Below are positions 41,183 through 53,563 of a stretch of 64,000 nt of DNA, in pieces. Position 1 is the stretch's first letter. Each line of letters starts with the position of its first letter. The position numbers and the translations under genes were made by a program. The notes beneath the pieces were generated by a model. That model did no database searches. It had not been told where the DNA came from and was given only the letters and a program-made list of their open reading frames with translations. This stretch comes from Glycera tridactyla (taxonomy: Eukaryota), in the NCBI GenBank assembly GCA_965644265.1, contig OZ286463.1, positions 99,510,001 through 99,574,000 on the forward strand, written 5' to 3'.

Positions 41183-42542
41183 CTGGAAGTCAACAAATGC
41201 CAATGATGCGAGCGGCGGCAGTGAAGCATGGGAATTCCTCTTGTACTAACCATCAGGGGTTTTAATGAAACCAATCCAGGTAACATATACTGATGGGGAT
41301 GCTGTGTCTTATATGGAGACCACTAATAGGATGTAGGGTACGAGTCGGATAAGGTGGTGGGGAAGAGAACGGGAAGAGTAGTTGGCATTAAAGCAAAAAG
41401 ATCGTATCCTAAAGGAGCCAGGCTTCACCACAAACTGACCCTTTTGAAGCCCAGGATTCGCCATGCCAGTCGTCGCCATTGTTCTTTTATGAATGTGGTG
41501 CCGATGACCACATTTCCCAGGTCTTCTTTGAGTTCAAAATTTGGCAACTGCCATATCGCAGTCCATTTCACTTTCTCACCATTTGTCATATATCTGATGT
41601 AATCCCAATTCAAATTAACTGCTTCAAACTAGGATCATGCAGTCCACTTTTTGTCGCCACCAAAGGTTGTCTATATAGACAGGTTTGACGGTATTATTAT
41701 ATAGGCATTTGGGAGTATAGGTGTTTTCGCATGAATATTTCAATAGATTAGAAGAGAACTATATTGTGTGCTCCGGCATACGCAATGAGAGTGGCACAGC
41801 AAGCAGCTGGTGAAATTGGCGCGTTTTATCGCCTGCACTACGGGCCGAGATGCAGAGATGGCATCTAAAATGACATCGGATGGAGAGCGGTGCTCATCTG
41901 GTCTTAGCAACGTATCAGGACGCTGCACGTGTTTATCTCCACACGCAACTCAATCACCTTACTTCACTTTCCTGGCGGTCTTTCATGTTACCAGACGTAG
42001 ATATCAGCACACTTGTATGAACATCATCATTGAACGAGCCGTCAATGTGGATATCGGCTTGAGGCGATATTATAGTGTAGCTGGGAATAATGTATAAGTT
42101 GCGATGTCTGAAGAAGTTTTTGCAAAAGAAAAGTAGCTTTCCGTGAAATCCAATATGGACCTTGAGGGGTGAGATCAGTCATGATGATTTGTTATCGCGT
42201 GAGATTGTGAACAAAGGCCTGCCTTCTGAGCTGCGTTCACACGAAAGCTGGGGGCCATCGGAATNNNNNNNNNNNNNNNNNNNNNNNNNNNNNNNNNNNN
42301 NNNNNNNNNNNNNNNNNNNNNNNNNNNNNNNNNNNNNNNNNNNNNNNNNNNNNNNNNNNNNNNNNNNNNNNNNNNNNNNNNNNNNNNNNNNNNNNNGTGC
42401 TGTCATTCACGAAGAGAGAGAAAAGTCAGAATACCAGCATGAAGACAGGGAAATGCGACTGATGCGATTGATTTCGAAACATCCCTTCAAGTCGGCTGTA
42501 CTCAAGGAATTGTATTCAGTGAGTTTATTCACATATGTGTAC

Positions 42543-42580
42543 CATTCATCATCAATATCATCATCATCAATATCATCATC

Positions 42581-42636
<56 letters not shown>
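42543..42636. repeat. (CAT)n microsatellite
   Basis: Seen directly. Confidence 0.95.
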
Positions 42637-43225
42637 GTAGCATGATTTCCAACATTCTGCGGTTTAGCGGTGTCGGCGCGCAATTGCCGGAGTCCTACAT
42701 CTCTCGACTGACCTCTTTTGACGAGATGTTTCCTAAAGGAATTCCTTTGAAGTAGCGAATCTCGACATCGGACAAACCGATTCGAGGATAACAAAGCAGA
42801 TATTCGAAACCAGCATGTCACCATCGATTCACATGGGATAAGTGCTCGATGCTTATCATCGCAATTATGCACGCAAGTTGGCTTCAATCTGCCAGGAGAT
42901 CTCCTCTCAACCAGGACCAAACTCTGCTTTGATTCGCTCAAGACATGTCTAAGCCATTATTTATTCCAACTTCTAATGCAGAACGAATGTTCATGGCCGA
43001 GGTCTTTTCCTCTGGGAATGTCATGCAAAGAGATGTGGATATTGATCTGTTCTTTCCTGACCCGATCATAGAAGTCCATGTCATTGTTATAGTATTTCCT
43101 CTGACTGTGGTCCGGCACGCAGTATTCTTTTCAACGAAAATGATTCGAATGTAGATCACTAATCGACTTTTTCGAGTGAATTCTTTCGAACGCTATCTTT
43201 TATAGCATCTATCACCCCGAGGTGA

Positions 43226-43226
43226 G

Positions 43227-43261
<35 letters not shown>

Positions 43262-43270
43262 GCTGCTGCT
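43226..43270. repeat. (GTT)n(GCT)n microsatellite
   Basis: Seen directly. Confidence 0.95.
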
Positions 43271-43559
43271 GAATCCCAATATCCATGAAGACAACGACCC
43301 GCATAGTCATCGACACCCAAAATGTAGTCATAATTTGCATCCAGATATGTTGTAAAACCTTCTTGCACTTATCTGGCAGTGTGGATGAGAATTTTCATTC
43401 AATGTACGTGCCTCGAATCCACTACATATTGGAATATTTATTTTTCAAATAAGCGAAAAGGGCATTGGAGCGCAATGATACACTGGTCAGGGTATTCCTG
43501 ACAAAGAAGTTACATAGGTAGGTGTATCCTCCGTTTTTCAGGTTAGATACTTTTGTACT

Positions 43560-43612
43560 ACCACAACTACTGCTACTTGTGCGGATACTCCCACTACTAG
43601 TACCATTTTTAT

Positions 43613-43648
<36 letters not shown>

Positions 43649-43672
43649 AACTACTACTATTACTGAAACTAC
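43560..43672. repeat. (CTA)n microsatellite, partly degenerate
   Basis: Seen directly. Confidence 0.92.
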
Positions 43673-44398
43673 ATCCAACACGCTATTTCCGGTGTTTCAA
43701 CAAGATTTAACGTTTCAACACTATTCTCGAATTGAAATCCATCCTTCCATTCGAATGACAAGTGATTCAAAATCAACAAAATAGCTAGTGGCAATTCATT
43801 CTAGATACAACAATCAATGATAAAATGTTAAGCGTATGTGTCACTAGACACTCCCTGAACTCGCCATTTGCTTTCTTGATCCCTTTGCCTGAATGGGAAT
43901 GCCTAGCAGCCAGTAACCTGAGCACCACAATTGGCTCGGCAATATTTAGCTTAAAAAGAGCATCTCGAAACTTGATTCAATACAAAGAACGTGGACAGCC
44001 ATTCAGGAAGTCCCCTCTCTCATTGGTCAATGGAGAAATATCTGAATAACCAACCGATTTTAGAATTGGCATGTGCCAACATTGAATGTGAAGTTGATGA
44101 TATGTATGGTATGAATGATGACATGGGTGGCCGCGAAAGGTGGTGAAGTGGGAAATGGTGGGATTGTTGTGCCCCGTCTCGACCAACGTCCCGGGTTAAC
44201 CCGGGACTCTGCATCAGCGGCCCGGGTCAACCCGGGCCGATAGCATCGGCCTGGGTTAACCCAGGCTGCCCCGGGTTAACCCAGGCTGCACTGGGTCGAC
44301 CTGGGCTGCACTGGGTCGACCTGGGCCAATGTTACTCATGACAAAATTCATGAATCGATGATGTATGGTAACTTGATTGGGAAATACTGTTGGTGTTG

Positions 44399-44570
44399 TT
44401 CACACCTTTTCTCCAACCGTGGCTTCACACCTTTTCTCTAGCCGTGGCTTCACACCTTTCTTTAGCCGTGGCTTTACACCTTTCTCCAGCCGTGGCTTCA
44501 CACCTTTTTCAGCCATGGCTTCACACCTTTTCTCTAGCCATGGCTCCACAACTTTTTCTTTAGCCATGGC
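44399..44570. repeat. 23-26-bp minisatellite TTCACACCTTTTCTCTAGCCGTGGC, 7 copies, inside the TIR element
   Basis: Tandem units are directly readable. Confidence 0.92.
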
Positions 44571-44619
44571 TTCCATCTAACGTTACTCGCTTTCATCGGC
44601 ACATGACGACAACGGTGAC

Positions 44620-44713
<94 letters not shown>
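44620..44713. repeat. (ACGATG)n hexamer microsatellite running into a gap
   Basis: Perfect tandem repeat. Confidence 0.97.
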
Positions 44714-45042
44714 NNNNNNNNNNNNNNNNNNNNNNNNNNNNNNNNNNNNNNNNNNNNNNNNNNNNNNNNNNNNNNNNNNNNNNNNNNNNNNNNNNNNNNN
44801 NNNNNNNNNNNNNNNNNNNNNNNNNNNNNNNNNNNNNNNNNNNNNNNNNNNNNNNNNNNNNNNNNNNNNNNNNNNNNNNNNNNNNNNNNNNNNNNNNNNN
44901 NNNNNNNNNNNNNNNNNNNNNNNNNNNNNNNNNNNNNNNNNNNNNNNNNNNNNNNNNNNNNNNNNNNNNNNNNNNNNNNNNNNNNNNNNNNNNNNNNNNN
45001 NNNNNNNNNNNNNNNNNNNNNNNNNNNNNNNNNNNNNNNNNN

Positions 45043-45195
45043 GTACCTCGGTACCTCGGTACCTACGTACCTCGGTACCTACGTACCTACGTACCTACGT
45101 ACCTACGTACCTACGTACCTACGTACCTACGTACCTACGTACCTACGTACCTACGTACCTACGTACCTACGTACCTACGTACCTACGTACCTACG
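45043..45195. repeat. (GTACCTAC)n octamer microsatellite
   Basis: Perfect tandem repeat, with GTACCTCG variants at the gap edge. Confidence 0.97.
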
Positions 45196-45364
45196 TAGTG
45201 AACCTGTGAACCTACCTACCTACCTAACTACAAACCCACCAACCAACCACCTACCTGAGCGAGCGAGCGAGCGAGTGAGTGAGCGAGGGACCTCATGTGG
45301 CTGTATCGGAGGTGTGAACAACACCTCAACACATATCAACAGGATGCCCGGCTGAACGAACAGC

Positions 45365-45445
45365 TGAATGAATAGCTGGATGAATAAATGGCTGGATGAA
45401 TAAATGGCTGGATGAACGGCTGGATGAATAAATGGCTGGCTGAAT
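45365..45445. repeat. Short 16-bp tandem repeat TGGATGAATAAATGGC
   Basis: Three near-perfect copies plus truncated variants. Confidence 0.85.
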
Positions 45446-48400
45446 GGGCATCGGCCCAGGTTAACCCGGGCCGTCCCGGGTTAACCCGGGCCGCCCCGTC
45501 TCGACCACGCCATCGTGGTCGAGACGGGACACCGTCCCGGGTTAACCCGGGACGCGGCCCGGGTTAACCCGGGATGGTGGTCGAGACGGGGCACAACAGG
45601 ATCACCAATGATTATCCGAGGATGGAGTAAATTCTTTCTTCTGAATTGACCCTCACTGGATCCTGAAACATGACTCTGATTGTCTATGCAAGTATTCGCA
45701 TACAAGGTGCATCCATGGTAACAATAAACCCAATCAATTATTTGAAACACTCTACATTCAGAGATCGAATAAAACTAAATCACTGAAAGTAACTACCATC
45801 TCGTGTTACGTCACATCATGATTACACGTCTCTGAATGAAATTCAAATCTGTTCTCACCCAAAAATTAATCTATCTCACAAATGTCGTCATATCACGGAG
45901 TAGATGTCTCAGATGAAACGAGGGTCCACTTACATAATTCTCCAGGATCAAAGTGATGTCCATGTAAATACTGGCATCCGAATAGAAACGATCTCAGCAC
46001 CTCGATCTGCAGAGACGCAGGTGGCTGCAGTGAATGGTTATAGGATATCATCAGAAATATCTGCCATTCAGACTTCTTCATGCTATGATTAATTAGGTAA
46101 TCCAATATAATATCTTTTCAACAGCTGAGTCGGATTCCTTCTACGGCAATCGCTCCCACCGATTTGAGCTGATGTTCACCCCAATTATGCAGATAGATAC
46201 ATTGGCCCCTGGCTCACTCAGATCCTGATTTAATTAGGGTATCACACATGTACACTGGTATCCTACATGCACCCCATGAAATCAGTGGAATTATATTAGC
46301 CCAACACCAAGCCCCTATCCAGTAAACGTTTTCGAGTTGTCGATACCAACCATCCCTTCCAAATTGATTGAGCATTGGTTTCCTCAATAGGTGATCATTC
46401 GTACACTGATAAGCCGAGGGATTATCTATAGAAATGGGCACCTAGTCATAAAGTCGTTGAAATCAATCACTTGGTATATCAATTCCTTTTCTGGTAACTG
46501 ATGAGGCTGAAAGAGCCAAAACACGGAATCACATAGATTAGGGTCAAATCAACCGAACTCTGAAAACTAATCGGAATTACATTTGAGGAACCCTGAATGA
46601 GCGACGTGAACATGGTTACGCCGCGCCTTTCTTGTGTGACATCCTCAGCGAAGGTTGTGAACAGAAACACAATTCTGAGTGGCATCGTGGGAAAGTAAAG
46701 ACGTCATTGTCACGTCTAACAAATATATAAATGTGTATGCGAGGAACGTGACGGGCCTATCTTACCCATCGATACATCCTATTCACGATGGTTCCCTCAC
46801 AATCTCTTCCGAAATAAATAATCTTGAATCATGACAAATTCATGATCACCAGTCCTGAAGGATGTCATCGTGTTCCTAGACGTTCGCCTTTGATAAAGTG
46901 GAGAAAGAAACTCAGTCGAATCAAAGAAGATCGAAAGATTCTGGGAGGCATCTCATACGTGTGTGCCCACATCAGGCAACCAGGTTTATGCCACAAATAC
47001 TACATTTTCATGAGTATTCACAATGCATGCATATTGAATAAGAGCGACCCTGACGGGGCATCTCACCAGGCGGAGGAGCCCCGTATCAGCAGACTCCACA
47101 TTTAGTAAGAATCGGATCTTCACTGTGACATTTTCCAGGACGTAATGGATCAACTAGGTGCGCCGCCAAGAGGGGTTTCCATCGCCTCTTCATGCTAGCC
47201 ATCCGGGCAATTCCTGATCATCAATGCGGTCGACACAATAACTTTGGTGAACAGTTATTGGATAAGTTCAGGGGACTTAAATAGATGCTTGTATGCCACT
47301 CGATGTTGCTTCTTGCTGGTCGGACAAATCCAGTTTCCCTGGCATGCTGAAGCTGTCCCGGACAAAGTCAATCTCCCTTGCATTTACAAGAAAACCCTAA
47401 ACCGAAGGTGAATGGGATGAGATTGAATGATTAGAAATCTGTGGCCTTGTTGTTCAAGTCTTGTCTACATCAATAAAATCTTGGGAAAGCAAGGTCGAAA
47501 TTTAGTTGTTTGTACGGTGGCCCAGAAGTGCCATTTTGGGAAAAAAATAATCAGCACATACCATGGTCGTGAAGGTTATAGAGAGGTTTGAACATTTGCA
47601 TCAAGGTGTGAATTTCCATTTCGGTGGTGATCATTTTACACTGAAAATCAGCCAGGTAGTCCACTAGAAAATTGTGGAACGCCAAAAATGTTTCCATAGA
47701 TGTCAAGTTCAAACATTTGTGTCACCCGAGTGTACCCCTTCATCTCCCACGATGCATCCATTTCCATTCTGTGAGACCGAGACAAAGTCATTCTTTACTC
47801 CCTATGACAATGAATATCCCCCAGCCCCAGGATTCGCTATGTATCTGAACAACCAGTGCCATCATTGGGTTTGCAAGTTGTTGTGAGATTTAGATCTCTG
47901 GCACTCGGCAGATTTTACTTGATACCACCAGCTTCGGCTTCAGAAAAATAAAACCGATCAACCGCCATTTTGTGACCCTGTTAGTCAGATATTTCAGAGA
48001 ATATTCGGGGAAAAGTCGGATGGCTCTCCGTGAACGTTGTGCGAAGATTCACCTTTGAGATAGATACCCCCATAGAGCTAAAATCAGGTTGTACAAGCAG
48101 GACGGTTTTTCCAAGGTCGCAGAAGCATTAGCTAGGCATATTGAGATCTTCATGCGAAGGACATGGAAGGGCTTACTCACCCCTCCATGCTTCATAAACC
48201 TTCAGGGAGGCTTGTCGTATCAATATGGGCCTGACAAATGAGTTCATAATCTTAGCTGATATGAGAGCATCACTTAACGTTTCATGGAAATTGATATGAC
48301 CTTTGTACATCATGCACAAATGATCGTCCAATTACTGATAGTCAAACCTCCGAATTCATCTCGAATGATGAGTTTGCCTCCTGCGCATCAAATGGAAGTT

Positions 48401-50264
48401 GAACTGATATGGATATAGCTGTCACTCATAATGCCAACCAAAGAGACATCAATTTGGATTAAGCCCGCGATCTCTTGAACTCAAGATGACTCGAGAATTC
48501 GAGTTTCTCAAAGTATGATCTCACCGCCCGCAATCAGGGTAGGGACTCTAAACCAGATCTCCTCCAGTCTATTTCTTTCTCCGATGCACACAAATAATTA
48601 CGTAAAGGCATGACTTCGAATGTAGAGTACTGATTCATGCATGATATGTGATACACCTGTGGCCAATACATCTGGAGGCACGACCACGAGCTTGTTCGAA
48701 TATACTGGCATATCGTGCCGACCTCGAACACCCACTGGGAGCCACACATGATGCCTTATCCTTCATATTCCCAACACAATGTTGCACAATCAACACTTAT
48801 TCCAAGTCTCTAATTAAATTTCTCACAGATGAAAGCGATTGCATTAATGGTCCAAACTGTATTGTATCAAATGGGTATCATGTATAGGATGTCAAAATGA
48901 GTAAATCATCAATATTTCCAAAAAAGATGATGATGAATATGATGATGAAACTGCATATGTGGGCAAATGATTTACAGTTCTGTGTGAGCAAGCATGAATG
49001 AATGCAGTCTCATAGGTCAAGCACACAATGATGTTGGATGACCGCGATGGTGTCATTATTGTTGTGATGTCTTACATTATGAGAGATGCTATCTGGATGA
49101 TATATTTGCTCCGATAGATGACTATAGCGTGACCTGTGTCTCCCGCGTGACCTTCTTCCCATACTAGCATGTCCACATGTCCGAGTCATTGCCGACGTCG
49201 ACAAGCCCTAGAAGAAGTTCACCTATGACATCCATCGATACTTTTTCCATGGACCATAATTCCGATCATCAAGTCATCCACTGTGATGATTACACACCCT
49301 TATTAGCAATTATCGAGTTGTCATCATCATGCCATGAAAAATCAGAAATGGGACTTCGTGGGCATGGTGAATACTAATGTTTGCTTGAACCAAGAGTGTT
49401 CAAAAGAATGTGTCTTTGAATCATAATTCTGATGAGGAAAACACAGTCATTGTCAGTAAACATTTCGACCGAATTGAGATATGAAGCTCCTGAGGGTCTA
49501 ACTTTGAGAGAGTTAGGCAACCTGGTGTTGAATCAGAGTTTCGTTCGTTGTTCGCTGGAATTTCGCTGTGCTTGGCATGGGCAATCTTTCGGTAATGATT
49601 AGAATAGTGATAATGATGATGATATTGCTCATNNNNNNNNNNNNNNNNNNNNNNNNNNNNNNNNNNNNNNNNNNNNNNNNNNNNNNNNNNNNNNNNNNNN
49701 NNNNNNNNNNNNNNNNNNNNNNNNNNNNNNNNNNNNNNNNNNNNNNNNNNNNNNNNNNNNNNNNNNNNNNNNNNNNNNNNNNNNNNNNNNNNNNATTCGT
49801 ATTCATTGACTGTGTGTGAAAAAGCCAGATGGTTGTAGTTACCAAGTGTCATGTTGACATTCCAGGTCCGAAGATGGCCGATTCAGTCTGCATAGAAGAG
49901 AAGGACCCGAACCACAGGGTCGGGCTAGTACATTCTGCCAACTAGGCTTATCAAATCCACAAGCCTGTGATCCCACCTAGGATGACGGACAGGATACGCT
50001 GTGCCAATCTCCCTCATAATCTCTGAGGAATCGGAACGACAGATAAAAAGTATTTCTTTCTTAGAAACATTTTTACTAGTGTTGCTGTCGGTTTAGACGA
50101 TAGATGGATCTGTATCGGTCTGCTTTCGAAGTCATTTCTTCTATGATGGCCGAGTAATGAACACCGAGTGCTCCAGGCCTTGTATTATTGTCAGGCTATC
50201 CTATTACTGATGAAAAGTGCAGGAAGGATGATGCATCCACTCTCTCTCAGCACCTGATTTCATG

Positions 50265-50460
50265 TTTTGCTGTGGTGTGTTGAGCTCTATTTCATTGTGA
50301 TGTTTTGTGTTGTGTTCTGTTGTGTTGTATTGTATAACATCTCACATCACTCCGCATCACATTGCTCTATGTCACAATTGCAACACATCACATCGTCTCA
50401 CATCACACCAAATCACGTCATGTCACGTCCCGCCACTTCACATCACATCTCCCAATCATC
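50265..50460. repeat. Degenerate pentamer tracts (TGTGT/TGTTG followed by TCACA/TCACG)
   Basis: Seen directly. Confidence 0.75.
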
Positions 50461-50818
50461 AATCATAAGAGTGCGTTGTTCTGCTACGTCCTATTGTATT
50501 CTAAAACCATCCACATTGTCTGGGTGATTGGTATCGACATTAAAGGATCATGAGAGAAAGCCTCTGCCAAATTTGGCGATAAAATTGATAGCCAACATGA
50601 CCTATAGAAATATATCCGTGGCAGCAGATGGGCAAGGGTGATACAAAATTCTCGCGAAGGGGAATCCAATGATTCGCAGTATGTTGAACTTCGAAGCTGT
50701 TCTGACCTCATTATAACATTCTATTTTGAGGCTGCATTTACCTGGGTCTCTTTCAGTCTCATGACAGATATACAACAGAGGAATGGTCTGATCATGAACG
50801 ACCGAGCTGGTCGATATC

Positions 50819-51367
50819 TTGTTGTTGTTCTTGTTGTTGTTGTTACATCGACCTAGGTCGGACACGACGGTGGACTCTCCACTCATCCTGGTCTAGCATT
50901 AAGGTCTTCAGTTCAGTGGTGTTAGTTGCCCCAGCATCTTCCTTGAGAGTGTCAATCATCGTCTTTGCTGGTTGACCTTGCTTTATCCTTCCATGGGTGG
51001 GTTCCCAGAGGACTAGTGAGGATGTTGGCAACTCAGGGTGTCTGAGGCAGTGACCTGCTAGTTCGAGTCTTGTTGTAGCTATCTTATCCATGCCTTTAGG
51101 AAGAGTCCCGTACAGGTCTTTGTTGGTTGGGTGTTGCTACCAGCTGATGTTATAGACCACTCTCAGCATTCTTGTGTAGCAGCCATCCAGAGACTTTGAC
51201 AGAGCAACAGTCAGTGTCCATGTTTTCAGATCTCTCGATAGCTTTAATGACCAGATCTTGTTCAGGTTGTTGAAGGCCCTCCAAGCTAGCGCCCTCCTCT
51301 CCTTGATATCACTGTCTATGCTCTCCATCCTTGGGCCAAGATATTTGAAGTCCTTTACTTCCTTCAG
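50819..51367 (-). mobile_element. 5'-truncated RTE-type non-LTR retrotransposon, ORF C-terminal region with (CAA)n tail
   Basis: Minus-strand translation LKEVKDFKYLG..IKERRALAWRAFNNLNKIW..TWTLT..LDGCYTRMLR..NISW*QHPTNKDLYG..RLELAGHCLRHPELP..LVLWEPTHGR..G.PAKT.IDTLKED is the typical RTE post-RT region. It has one stop and an apparent in-frame deletion. The tail is ACAACAACAACAAGAACAACAACAA. TSD TGGTCGATATC lies at 50808-50818 and 51368-51378. Confidence 0.92.
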
Positions 51368-53509
51368 TGGTCGATATCGGCTCTCTTAAAATGTGGATAT
51401 CTCATCACCATCACCTCAGTCACTCCTTATGTGGCGAATGATGACTCAGGATACTTTCTCAAGCATTCCAGCTTTGGAACTTGATGTGAAATTGAATTTC
51501 AGCCGCGGGAAGCATCGCGAATTCAATAGGCGATTCGATTATTCAGATCGCATTGTCAGTATATCCAATATATTCCCTACACTTCTAGCGAGCAAGGATC
51601 TTGATTCATTTCTTGATGTTGGTAGATCTGACAGGCACTTCTACTTGTGCAAGGTCGTTTCAGCAGGGTGAGCATGGTTTTTGACTTCACGTGCATTACA
51701 CACTTATTGTCCACAATCCTACGCATCACCAGAACCATTCAGAACACGACGAACAATACCAGTCATTCCGTCCATTATCTGATGTCACACATTGCTTCGT
51801 CATCGCATATGCGTGAAGTACAAATAATGTTACAACACAACGCAAACAACCCTGTCTCTCCAGATATTAAGATTCAGAATTGATGATTGCAAAAGATGTT
51901 TGTGACATGCTACACCCACCATCTTCTGGGCGTCAATGGACTGTTCGCGATTCGATTCAAGGTACTGTTGAACAATATGCACTCGTGGCCAGTTGTCAAG
52001 GAATAATTTCAGATATGTTTATATAATGAATGAGGATACTGGTTACCATAGAAATATCTGTCTTGCAATGAAACTCATGGCTATTTAATTATGAGAAGCC
52101 AAATTGGATTCTGGAAACGGATGTATACGATTGTGACGCTATCCAATAGAATAATATAGCTTGGGTCGTATTCATGTATCTAGGGTTGCTATGGTGATTG
52201 GTGACGGAGGAGAAATATCGTCGATAAATAACCATTGTATATTCGATGTGCTTGTCACTACTGCTCCCTCCTCCACAACCCATCTGAAAATATTCAGACA
52301 TTCGGCCCCTTCCTTGTTCGTTTCTGCAGCACAGACTATTGTAGAAATTATCTTCACTCATGATAATCGCCTAAATTCTGGAGCTGTCGGGTGAAATTAC
52401 TCACGTCATCTCTTTTGTTTGTTTGTTTGGTTAACTGATCTGACTGATATATCTGCTAGCAGGTCAAAAGCATTCTGACATCCTCAATATTCTCATCCAA
52501 CTAGCGCTGCTGATGTAAGACTTAGGGGGTGAACAATCTAATATTGCCTGGTAACAATTATTCTCTTCTGTTTGGTTTTCCAGACCATTATTCGCCGCGT
52601 CCTTATGTATATTTGTTTATGTTTGGGAAGTGGTTTAATTGTGGCTTAGTTATGTTGAACTGTTAGAATGCTGCTCCTAATCTAGGACTAGTGTTTTCAT
52701 AGTTCAGATTCGCACGCACACTACCACCGAGGCCTTGAGAAGTGTAGCACATGCCTTAACAAAGATTGAACAACTCAGCTATGTAATACCGAATACCCAA
52801 TCGGTTTTAAGTGGTAATGAGTAGAATCATGTCAGCAAAAAGGTACATAAACGGATAATTGTGTTGATAGCACTTATTAGAGTTTGAAAAAAAATGTATG
52901 GACTGCACTGAACTGACCAAACAGGTCGATGGAAAAAACTGAAACAACGGAATCTGAGAAAAAAATCGCGATTCTGATGGAACAGGTTAGAGTAAACTGA
53001 GCATATTACGTTCACTTGGTATAAACCAGGCCTAGTTGGGCCCATGCTTGAGCCACAAGCATCTGGATTTAGTAGAAGCGAGCGTGCAAACGTACGCTGA
53101 ATCGCAACAGTGAGGCCAATTCGAATCCTAACACCGATTTGGGTGAATCATAGTGCTTGATTCCCAACCTGTTCATCCACTCCTTCATCAACTTACAACT
53201 CCACATAATAAAAAAAATGAACCATCAGCTGTTCAACATTGGAGGTCAGCATCACTCAATGAATGCAGTTATGGATGACCAGGTAACCATTAAAAATTTC
53301 CCAACTTTTCCTGTGAGCTAGGTTCAGACATTCGACTATGTTGAGACAGAAACATTCTGTACAACTGAAATGAAGATGATTTTCGAGAAATTGAGTATAT
53401 ATAATTTGCAGGTTTCACGACCGAAGTGATGAAAAATATATTTTCGGTCCAAATTGCATATCAACTTCGAACTCTTCCCCAAAAGCATCTAGAACAATAT
53501 CAACGACAC

Positions 53510-53519
53510 CACCATCATC

Positions 53520-53553
<34 letters not shown>

Positions 53554-53563
53554 TCAACAACAA
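53510..53563. repeat. (CAA)n microsatellite
   Basis: Seen directly. Confidence 0.95.

Larger units (their letters stand above)
44165..45598. mobile_element. Non-autonomous TIR DNA transposon with TGTTG...CAACA termini and 4-bp TSD GGAT (Ginger-like ends)
   Basis: The left end TGTTGTGCCCCGTCTCGACCAACGTCCCGGGTTAACCCGGG matches the reverse complement of the right end, TGTTGTGCCCCGTCTCGACCACCATCCCGGGTTAACCCGGG, at 39/41 positions. GGAT lies at 44161-44164 and 45599-45602. No transposase is visible; an N gap (44714-45042) lies inside. The family call rests on TGTNR termini plus a 4-bp TSD. Confidence 0.75.
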
